Origin: a virus
Taxonomy: Duplodnaviria; Caudoviricetes
Length of the DNA stretch: 50,599 nt
Virus record (IMG/VR): IMGVR_UViG_3300036979_000299
Coordinates: 1-50,599 of that record
Direction: 5' to 3' (one strand)
Shown here: piece by piece, positions 7,786-14,701 of the stretch
How positions within the stretch are numbered: position 1 is the stretch's first letter
How the letters are laid out: each line of letters opens with the position of its first letter
Position numbers and translations under genes: made by a program
The notes under the pieces: model-generated
What the model was told of the DNA's origin: nothing
The model's database searches: none
What the model saw: the letters and a program-made list of their open reading frames with translations, nothing else

Positions 7786-7807
7786 CAAGTAAAGTCGGCT
7801 TTACTTG
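7786..7807. promoter_or_regulatory. Palindromic element copy 3
   Basis: CAAGTAAAG-TCGG-CTTTACTTG. Confidence 0.8.
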
Positions 7808-7845
7808 CTCCTGCTCTGAGAAGCGAATACAGAAAGGGGTGAGAC

Positions 7846-8052
7846 ATGCTCTTGAAGCATACCATAGACTCTCTAAGGCTTGTCGGATTCTGCCAAAAAC
7901 ATCCTGGATGGCATTCATTTGCCACGGACAAGAAAACCCGAAAGGCGCTGGAGCGTACGTCTATTTTGGGACAAGTGGAAGTCAATCGCTTCGGACAATT
8001 CCGGAGCAGGACACCTGATATTGACGTGGCAACAGGTATTGCAAAGCGATAA
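7846..8052 (+). CDS. Hypothetical protein
   Basis: 68 aa, GAAAGGGGTG RBS. Confidence 0.7.
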   Translation: MLLKHTIDSLRLVGFCQKHPGWHSFATDKKTRKALERTSILGQVEVNRFGQFRSRTPDIDVATGIAKR

Positions 8053-8054
8053 CA

Positions 8055-8092
8055 GCCGGATCAACTGGCGGAAAGGCGGGTGAAGTATGAGA
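8055..8092 (+). repeat. Hairpin-RBS-start module copy 3
   Basis: GCCGG-ATCAA-CTGGC GGAAAGGCGGGTGAAGTATGAGA. Confidence 0.8.
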
Positions 8093-8173
8093 GATTGGTT
8101 GTTAGTTGTCCTGCTGGCCGTGGGCTACGTTTGGGGAATCATGGCAATCCTTTTGCCGTTCATGGTGAGGTGA
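8087..8173 (+). CDS. 28-aa hydrophobic membrane peptide (not in ORF track)
   Basis: MRDWLLVVLLAVGYVWGIMAILLPFMVR*; uses the ATG conserved in all three modules. Confidence 0.6.
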   Translation: MRDWLLVVLLAVGYVWGIMAILLPFMVR

Positions 8174-8175
8174 AC

Positions 8176-8307
8176 ATGATACTGGGATGGATAATACAAG
8201 CGGGCGATCTGATTATGATCCGCCTAGCACAAGGAACGCTGAGCACAGAGAACGCGGAAAACGCCCTACTGGAACTGTGGGCGCTGGACAATGAAAGGAA
8301 GGCATAA
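8176..8307 (+). CDS. Small hypothetical protein, 43 aa
   Basis: GAGGTG RBS; TAATG overlap with next gene. Confidence 0.55.
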   Translation: MILGWIIQAGDLIMIRLAQGTLSTENAENALLELWALDNERKA

Positions 8308-8990
8308 TGAAAAAGAACCATCGAAAAGATTTGGCTAATGGCGATGTGATTATCGCCACGGTTCGGTTCGATGACCAATGTAACAACGGCCATAACACTC
8401 TGTCGGTAACGGGGGAACTGTACGACCGGCATCATTCTTGTCGTGAACCATCGGTAGAGAACTCGAAAGGAAAGAAGCGGTGGATGGGTACTTGTGGGTG
8501 CATCCACGAGGAATTGATCGAGCACTTCCCCATCTTGTGTGAGGCCATCCTATTCCACTTGTGCACGACGGACGGCCCCTTGCACTACCTCGAAAACACG
8601 CTGTACCATGCCTCAGAGAACAAACCAACTCATGCGTGGGTTTACTACCTGGGCAAGAAAGCCTCCGACCCGTTGGGGTTGGGCGATGACGGCGAAAAGA
8701 AAAGGCTTCTGGGATACTTCACGGATTTTGCCATAAAGGCGGTGGGCGCGTGTGACACTCCCGGCTACAGTGTGGAATGGGACATGAAAACGATCAAGGT
8801 AAGAAACCTGGATCATGCCAGATTGACGGCAATCTGGCCAGAAGCGACGGACGAGGAATTGTCCGTCCCAGGGGAAGAACTCAAGGCAGTTCTCCTGGCG
8901 CGATTGCCAGCCCTGATGGAACGCTTCAAGAAGTGCATCGAATCCCTTGGCTTCACGTACACGGAGACACCGATCAGGGGGGACAAGTAA
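8307..8990 (+). CDS. Phage hypothetical protein
   Basis: 227 aa; DDQCNNGHNTLSVTGE...GCIHEE...HLCTTDGPLHYLEN. Confidence 0.8.
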   Translation: MKKNHRKDLANGDVIIATVRFDDQCNNGHNTLSVTGELYDRHHSCREPSVENSKGKKRWMGTCGCIHEELIEHFPILCEAILFHLCTTDGPLHYLENTLYHASENKPTHAWVYYLGKKASDPLGLGDDGEKKRLLGYFTDFAIKAVGACDTPGYSVEWDMKTIKVRNLDHARLTAIWPEATDEELSVPGEELKAVLLARLPALMERFKKCIESLGFTYTETPIRGDK

Positions 8991-8994
8991 GACC

Positions 8995-9168
8995 ATGAAA
9001 ATTACAATCACACTCAGCACGGATAATGCCGCATTCGAGGATGACAATGAGGTGAGTAGGATTCTTCGGGAACTGGCAAGAAACTGGGAAGACTACCGGA
9101 ACGGGAATCGAAGCAATCTTATGGATGTAAATGGCAATGCCGTGGGAACGGTGGATATTGAGGAGTAA
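8995..9168 (+). CDS. Small phage hypothetical protein
   Basis: MKITITLSTDNAAFED...DVNGNAVG. Confidence 0.75.
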   Translation: MKITITLSTDNAAFEDDNEVSRILRELARNWEDYRNGNRSNLMDVNGNAVGTVDIEE

Positions 9169-9170
9169 GT

Positions 9171-9368
9171 GTGACTACCCACAAAGCAGAACAACGTCTA
9201 CGGAAGAAAGTACGCAAAGCCATGAAAATGCACGACCGATCAATCCGGTTAATGCAGAGTGCCATGGAAAGCAAGGATGCCAAGTTCAGTTGTGGTATGT
9301 CCGCTGATCTGGCAATCGATCAGTGTACAGAGGACTGGATAGTGAAGGGATTGCTCGGAACACGTTGA
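9171..9368 (+). CDS. Hypothetical protein
   Basis: 65 aa, GAGGAG RBS, GTG start. Confidence 0.6.
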   Translation: MTTHKAEQRLRKKVRKAMKMHDRSIRLMQSAMESKDAKFSCGMSADLAIDQCTEDWIVKGLLGTR

Positions 9369-9404
9369 ACCAAAGGAGGCATGAACGAGACAATTATGGG
9401 CGAC

Positions 9405-9425
9405 CAAGTAAAGTGGACTTTACTT
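9405..9425. promoter_or_regulatory. Palindromic element copy 4
   Basis: CAAGTAAAG-TGGA-CTTTACTT just before the RBS for ATG 9441. Confidence 0.8.
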
Positions 9426-9440
9426 AACAAGAGGAACACT

Positions 9441-10118
9441 ATGAAAAGGATATGGACACCGAAAGTTGGAGACACCGTCAAGCTGAAGGCATTCTGGAAC
9501 TACTCCGATCTCCCAAACGACGTAGATGGAAACCCGCCCCCAAATACATGGTCACATTTGGTTGTGGTGTGCGATGACGGAGCTGGGCACATTCATGTGA
9601 CAGAGCATGAAGAGTCCCGCCCACTGGATAGGCAAGGCAAGCCTCTGTGGGCACACACAATCGCCCTGAACACCATTCAGCCCCCCTTGGGCTGGGAGTC
9701 TGTCTACACGATCACGGCCAAGTGCAAGGGCATGGCCGAACATGTGGTGAACGATTGGTTCCAGCGTGGAATCGTCGTGTGGCAATCTCACGACCTGGGC
9801 AGCAACATGGGGAAATCGTTTACCCCGGTATCTGTGGAGCACCCTCCGCAATCCCCTCAATGGCAATACACCGCCAATCCCTTGGAGATAATCCCCGCCG
9901 AGGATTGTCCCCGTGTGTTCAATGTGGAGTACGAGGAAGAGGGCAAGTTCAATCTTCCTTCATTCTACAAGGCCGATGAACAGAAGGAGTACGGCAAGAA
10001 ACACAAGGCTGAAGTTGCTCGCCTACGCAAAGAGGGTTGGACAGTGAAATACTGTCGCCACACCTACTGCTGGGACATCTACCGAGTGGTGAAGTTGTTC
10101 ACAGCAAGGGAGGAGTAA
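9441..10118 (+). CDS. Hypothetical protein
   Basis: GAGG RBS before ATG 9441; in-frame alternative start at 9381. Confidence 0.75.
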   Translation: MKRIWTPKVGDTVKLKAFWNYSDLPNDVDGNPPPNTWSHLVVVCDDGAGHIHVTEHEESRPLDRQGKPLWAHTIALNTIQPPLGWESVYTITAKCKGMAEHVVNDWFQRGIVVWQSHDLGSNMGKSFTPVSVEHPPQSPQWQYTANPLEIIPAEDCPRVFNVEYEEEGKFNLPSFYKADEQKEYGKKHKAEVARLRKEGWTVKYCRHTYCWDIYRVVKLFTAREE

Positions 10119-10468
10119 TGAGCAGGATAATCCAGCAATACAATGAGTGGCACAGAAAAGGAATGGAGTTATCCTTCGAGTTCACAAAGGAATCGGAGGA
10201 GCTGTTGGAGGAAATACTCACCATCTATCAGGGGTCTAGCGACCTGGAAATCAGGTGTCTGTCGAAAGTTGATTTCGTGGATGATTGTAGTTTTGTGTCT
10301 GCTTGGCTGGATGACCTGAATAGACCTTGTTGTCTAGCCGCTATTGATGGGGCGGACCCAATGGCATGGAGAGTCGAGTTTTTGGATCTGAATCACAAGA
10401 AACACTTACACAGCTTGCTTCTGGGTATCCGGAACGAGTTGACTGGAAAAGCAGGAGGACTGACATGA
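10118..10468 (+). CDS. Hypothetical protein
   Basis: GGAGG RBS, TAATG overlap. Confidence 0.7.
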   Translation: MSRIIQQYNEWHRKGMELSFEFTKESEELLEEILTIYQGSSDLEIRCLSKVDFVDDCSFVSAWLDDLNRPCCLAAIDGADPMAWRVEFLDLNHKKHLHSLLLGIRNELTGKAGGLT

Positions 10469-10662
10469 GAAGGTACTTTATCCCCAGGAGCAAGACAATC
10501 GGAAATACTGGTTTGCCTACCATGGTTCACCACTGGGAGTATGGGCGGAAGTTGAAGTGTTTCTTTAAGGATGGTATCAGTTGGAAATCGGAGTATACGC
10601 TGAGAGAACTGCTGAAGATCGAAAAGCCCATCGAGGTAAAGATGGATGGAGGTGTGAAGTAG
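10465..10662 (+). CDS. Hypothetical protein
   Basis: AGGAGG RBS, ATGA overlap. Confidence 0.65.
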   Translation: MRRYFIPRSKTIGNTGLPTMVHHWEYGRKLKCFFKDGISWKSEYTLRELLKIEKPIEVKMDGGVK

Positions 10663-10687
10663 TAATTATGGGAGTCCAAGTAATGAC

Positions 10688-10707
10688 CAAGTAAAGTAAC
10701 TTTACTT
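10688..10707. promoter_or_regulatory. Palindromic element copy 5
   Basis: CAAGTAAAG-TAA-CTTTACTT, intergenic. Confidence 0.8.
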
Positions 10708-10725
10708 AAAACACAAAAGGTAAAT

Positions 10726-11628
10726 ATGAGAACGAAACACGTATTCACGAATGCCGGACTGCCCCACATCTGGGCACACCAGTCCCAAAAGTCTGGGCGT
10801 GGCCACAACCTGTTCTTCGAGGACGGTACGATCTACAGCTACGGGAAGCACTTCCCTATTGCCACACACACGACGGATGCACATGGAGAACACTGCATCC
10901 TGTTCACCACAAGAACGTTCAGAAACACCACGAACAAACACTTGTCCCACACGAGGAGGGCAATACCGCAAGATGTCCCCGTGTACCATGTTGTGGACCC
11001 CACCCGTCCGGTGAGTGAGTTCACCTTGGATAACTACCGGGACATGGTTGCCCACGAGGTGAACAAGTGTCGCGCCTCCAAGGGGGCACAAAACATCGGA
11101 CATGTCCACAACCTGATCGCGGAGATGAGACTGTTCAAGGCTGCATTCAACCTCAAGGGTGGTGTGCCGAATCCTGATCTGGAACGGGAAATCGTGAAGC
11201 ATCACCAATGGTATGAGCAGCGGACAGAGCGTCAACGCCTGGCTGATGCTGCCCGGTTCCACAGGTTCGAGAAGTACGAGATCGAACGCGTGGAGAAATT
11301 CCTGGGCATCTCACCCCTGCCATTCGAGGTGAAGCCTGGCATGGCGTATCTCCGAAGAGCGTGCGTAGTAAATAAATCTAAAGACAACGTGTCCGAATAT
11401 GTGCAGACCACCCAAGGAGCAGAAGTTCCCTTGGAGCACGTCCTACGGGTGGCTCCGATTGTCCTCGCCCTCATCAGGGGGGGCAAGACCTACAAGAAGA
11501 ACGGACACACCATTCATCTGGGCACGTTCACGCTGGACGAAATCACGGAAGACGGCACGGTCATCGCCGGGTGCCACAAGTTCAGCCGCGAGGAAGTGGA
11601 ACGCTTCGCAAAAGAGATAGGGGTGTAA
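10726..11628 (+). CDS. Phage hypothetical protein
   Basis: 300 aa; IYSYGKHFPIA...TTNKH...VQTTQGAEVP...IAGCHKF. Confidence 0.85.
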   Translation: MRTKHVFTNAGLPHIWAHQSQKSGRGHNLFFEDGTIYSYGKHFPIATHTTDAHGEHCILFTTRTFRNTTNKHLSHTRRAIPQDVPVYHVVDPTRPVSEFTLDNYRDMVAHEVNKCRASKGAQNIGHVHNLIAEMRLFKAAFNLKGGVPNPDLEREIVKHHQWYEQRTERQRLADAARFHRFEKYEIERVEKFLGISPLPFEVKPGMAYLRRACVVNKSKDNVSEYVQTTQGAEVPLEHVLRVAPIVLALIRGGKTYKKNGHTIHLGTFTLDEITEDGTVIAGCHKFSREEVERFAKEIGV

Positions 11629-11629
11629 C

Positions 11630-11833
11630 ATGAATCAGTCATCATGCGACGGAGTCCTGGATTTCTCTACATTCAAAGGTAGAGTTTGGGACAGTGAGTT
11701 GAAATGTAGTGTGGGAGAATCCAAGTGTCCAAAATGTGGGGAGACGAGAAGGCTCTGTATCCGGTGGCATGGATCAATCCCACCGGGAGGAGTCAGGTGC
11801 GGTATTGAAGTGGAAAAGGAGGTGGAAGTATGA
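11630..11833 (+). CDS. Small Cys-containing hypothetical protein
   Basis: 67 aa with CPKCG. Confidence 0.55.
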   Translation: MNQSSCDGVLDFSTFKGRVWDSELKCSVGESKCPKCGETRRLCIRWHGSIPPGGVRCGIEVEKEVEV

Positions 11834-12126
11834 GCGATGAAAAAACATACCCAGATTGTTACCTTCACGTTCGAGAGGCGGTGAGTGGCGAAGAGTGGAT
11901 TCGACCACTCACCGGCAACACCAAGTTGGATCTGAAACGTCTGGTCAAGCGGTGGATCAAGGAGGAGTTTTGTGGAGAGAGATTCCTTGATGGTGAGCTG
12001 ATGCCGAGATTGGATGGACAGTTCTACGCACAGATTATAACTGACAACAGACCCCCTGACAGTCATGTGTGCTGGGAAAGTGGTGGGTTCTACATTAAAG
12101 ACGATCCGCAACCAACAAGGAGATAA
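11830..12126 (+). CDS. Hypothetical protein
   Basis: AAGGAGGT RBS, ATGA overlap. Confidence 0.7.
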   Translation: MSDEKTYPDCYLHVREAVSGEEWIRPLTGNTKLDLKRLVKRWIKEEFCGERFLDGELMPRLDGQFYAQIITDNRPPDSHVCWESGGFYIKDDPQPTRR

Positions 12127-12129
12127 ACC

Positions 12130-12327
12130 ATGAGTCTTAAAGACTGCTCACAAGAACGATTTGATGAACTAATTGAGGAACAGGCATGGAAAGCTGGTGT
12201 TTCTGTTCTGCTTTCCCTGCCGGGGGTATGGGAAGCTGCGGCAGAGCACTTCAATAATGCTGTGTGTGAACTTTTGGAATCTGGAGACGATAATGAAGAG
12301 GCGAAGGAGGTGGAAGATGAGTCCTAA
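12130..12327 (+). CDS. Small acidic hypothetical protein
   Basis: AAGGAG RBS. Confidence 0.7.
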   Translation: MSLKDCSQERFDELIEEQAWKAGVSVLLSLPGVWEAAAEHFNNAVCELLESGDDNEEAKEVEDES

Positions 12328-13054
12328 AATCATAGAGAAGATAGTCTACACGTTCGATGAGTTGAGCGACGAAGCCAAGGAGCGAGCCCGGTCTTGGTGG
12401 AGAGAGGATTGCATGGATCACAATTGGTGGGATTCCACCTACGATGATGCCGAGGCAATAGCCAACATCCTGGGCATCACGTTCGATCAGAAAGCTGTGC
12501 CCCGCATGGATGGGAAGTTCAACAACCACCCGAAGATCTACTTCTCCGGGTTCAACAACCAAGGCGATGGGGCCTGCTTCGAGGGAACGTACAGGTACGC
12601 TCCAGATTGGAAGAAAGCGTTGCTGGCACATGCCCCCACGGATGGGACGTTGCTGAAGATCGGGGAGGATCTGCAATCTGCCCAAGCCTCAGCATTCTAT
12701 CAGTGTGTGGCACGGACGAAGCACCGAGGGCACTACAATCACTCCAAGCGCATGGAGGTGGAGTTACCAGAGAGTGATGAAATCGAAGAGCGTGTTATCA
12801 CTGCCATTGAGAAGATTATGGATGAAGGACTTGACCCAATCTCTGCATCGAAGCGGATCTCTGAAATCAAGAAGGAGATCTGGGGGCCGTACACTGAAGC
12901 GGAAGAGGGAATCACTCAGGCTCTCCGCGACTTCGCGGACTGGATCTACGATAGCCTGAGAAATGAGTACGAATACCAGATGAGCGATGAGTGTGTGGAT
13001 GAGAACATCAAGTGCAACGAGTTTGACTTCGATGTGAATGGGAGGATCGTATGA
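12317..13054 (+). CDS. Acidic phage/plasmid conserved hypothetical protein
   Basis: VYTFDELSDEAKERAR...IYFSGF..QGDGACFEG...EYEYQMSDE...NEFDFDVNG; AAGGAGGT RBS. Confidence 0.8.
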   Translation: MSPKIIEKIVYTFDELSDEAKERARSWWREDCMDHNWWDSTYDDAEAIANILGITFDQKAVPRMDGKFNNHPKIYFSGFNNQGDGACFEGTYRYAPDWKKALLAHAPTDGTLLKIGEDLQSAQASAFYQCVARTKHRGHYNHSKRMEVELPESDEIEERVITAIEKIMDEGLDPISASKRISEIKKEIWGPYTEAEEGITQALRDFADWIYDSLRNEYEYQMSDECVDENIKCNEFDFDVNGRIV

Positions 13055-13311
13055 GTCTGTTCTCAAATTGCACTCTGGACGAAGTCAGCCACATGTTCAA
13101 GTGGGGGCAGATAAATCGGGAGACAGCCTTGGAGTATGTCCGGGAGTGGAACGGCTCTCGAAAGCATTTCACTGTGGCCGTAGTCTACTCGTTCTCAATC
13201 GGACTGATTGACCCGGACGTGCCGGGAAAGTTGGAACAGATTCGAGGACACGCTGAAGCGAATGGGTTCACCCATCTCTATGAGAACAACAAGAAGGAGG
13301 TATCAACATGA
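13051..13311 (+). CDS. Hypothetical protein
   Basis: GGAGG RBS, ATGA overlaps at both ends. Confidence 0.7.
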   Translation: MSLFSNCTLDEVSHMFKWGQINRETALEYVREWNGSRKHFTVAVVYSFSIGLIDPDVPGKLEQIRGHAEANGFTHLYENNKKEVST

Positions 13312-13814
13312 ACCTGCTATCCGTAGATCCGGGGACTCACTACACAGGCTATGCCTTGTGGGACAAGACGCATACCACCATGCGCCTGCTTCAATATGGG
13401 CTGGTTCGCGCCAACCAATTCTCGTGGGTGGAGCGTGTTCAGCACATCCGGTTCGAGATCCACGAGCGGCTGTCAATGACGGCTGATGTCACAACGTGGG
13501 AAGAACTGGTGATCGAGTTCCCGGAACTCCAGACCGGGGAACGGGGCACGAATGCGTCCCGTCAGGGGGACACCCTGAAGCTGGCGTTTCTGTGTGGTGC
13601 ACTGATGCGAGGAGCCACCCGCCTCTTCACCCCGAGCCAGTGGAAAGGGCAACTGTCCAAGCAGATTACGGCAATACGGATGCTACAGTACTGGCCCATG
13701 CTCCAGATCGTTCAGAAGATCGACTACAACTGGGCGGATGCCGTCATGCTGGGCTTAATGACAAGCAACAGGGAAGTGGACAAGTCAACCCCCCCTGTCC
13801 GGGTGGATCTGTAA
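13308..13814 (+). CDS. RuvC-like Holliday junction resolvase
   Basis: LLSVDPGTHYTGYA, LVIEFP, PSQWK, NWADAV acidic triad. Confidence 0.8.
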   Translation: MNLLSVDPGTHYTGYALWDKTHTTMRLLQYGLVRANQFSWVERVQHIRFEIHERLSMTADVTTWEELVIEFPELQTGERGTNASRQGDTLKLAFLCGALMRGATRLFTPSQWKGQLSKQITAIRMLQYWPMLQIVQKIDYNWADAVMLGLMTSNREVDKSTPPVRVDL

Positions 13815-13835
13815 CACAACAAGAAGGAGTCCGAT

Positions 13836-14171
13836 ATGAAACAGATAGACATAGCATTCGTGTGGAAACTGCGTCTCAAGCTGTGGGCTGAAGGCGACAA
13901 GCTGCGGGCTGAAGGCAGCAAGCTGCGGGCTGAAGGCAGCAAGCTGTATGCTGAAGGCAGCAAGCTGTGGGCTGAAGGCGACAAGTTGTATGCTGAAGGC
14001 AGCAAGCTGTGGGCTGTAGGCAGCAAGCTGTGGGCTGTAGGCAGCAAGCTGCGGGCTGAAGGCGACAAGCTGTGGGCTGAAGCTGTGATTGAAGCCTACG
14101 GCAATGTCACAATCGAGTGGAAGAATGACACACACTGCATCGTAGACGGTAAGGACGTGTTCAAGGATTGA
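13836..14171 (+). CDS. Heptad-repeat protein (KLxAEGS/D), paralog of 16051-16497
   Basis: Nine complete and one partial 7-aa repeats between short unique ends. Confidence 0.85.
   Translation: MKQIDIAFVWKLRLKLWAEGDKLRAEGSKLRAEGSKLYAEGSKLWAEGDKLYAEGSKLWAVGSKLWAVGSKLRAEGDKLWAEAVIEAYGNVTIEWKNDTHCIVDGKDVFKD
13878..14082 (+). repeat. 21-bp coding tandem repeat, ~9.7 copies
   Basis: AAGCTG(TGG/CGG/TAT)GCTG(A/T)AGGC(GAC/AGC). Confidence 0.97.
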
Positions 14172-14180
14172 GAACCTACC

Positions 14181-14252
14181 GGGGTGGGGCGCGGCACATG
14201 GTTTCCTCCCCGCTTTGGTCGGCGGGTTCTTCCGTTGCCGTGACCCCACCCC
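14181..14252 (+). other. Long intergenic GC-rich stem-loop
   Basis: GGGGTGGGGCGCGGCA pairs with TGCCGTGACCCCACCCC; inner CCCGC/GCGGG hairpin. Confidence 0.65.
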
Positions 14253-14271
14253 TTAACCCAAGGAGAACTGT

Positions 14272-14700
14272 ATGCGAATCCTGATTGCCTGCGAAGAGAG
14301 TGGTGTAGTCAGAGAAGCATTCACAAAGCTGGGGCATAAGGCTTTCAGTTGTGATCTGCTTCCATCCCGGATACCGGGACGGCATCTACAGTGTGATGTC
14401 AGGTGGGTGCTGGACAGGGGGTGGGGCGGAAGGTGGGACATGATGATTGTCTTCCCTCCATGCACTCATCTGTGTGTGAGTGGAGCCCGATGGTTCAAGA
14501 ATAAAAAGAAAGAACAGAAACTCTCAATCGAGTTCTTCATGCGGTTGGCGAATGCACCCACACTGCCCAAGTGTGGGTACTGGGAGAATCAAACACCCAG
14601 TGGACAGAACAAACTGGGTCCATCAGAGGATAGAGCCAGGATCAGAGCCACAACATACAAGGGCTTGGCAAAAGCGATAGCCGAACAATGGGGAGGATGA
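14272..14700 (+). pseudogene. Phage-type C5 cytosine methyltransferase with in-frame internal deletion
   Basis: LIACEESG, SCDLLP, FPPCTHL and AKAIAEQWG present; the ENP-containing central block expected after LANAP is absent. Confidence 0.6.
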
Positions 14701-14701
14701 C

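Larger units (their letters stand above)
7511..7845 (+). ncRNA. Candidate structured leader RNA
   Basis: About 330 nt without a credible ORF; successive hairpins near 7573-7603, 7706-7719, 7746-7773, 7775-7819. Confidence 0.4.

Noticed and set aside
8080-8307. ORF-track 75-aa ORF from GTG 8080
   Set aside because: Better explained by two ORFs (8087-8173 and 8176-8307), each with a well-spaced RBS
13878-14082. CRISPR array or DGR template/variable repeat
   Set aside because: Units are contiguous without spacers and in frame; differences are not adenine-specific; no reverse transcriptase seen
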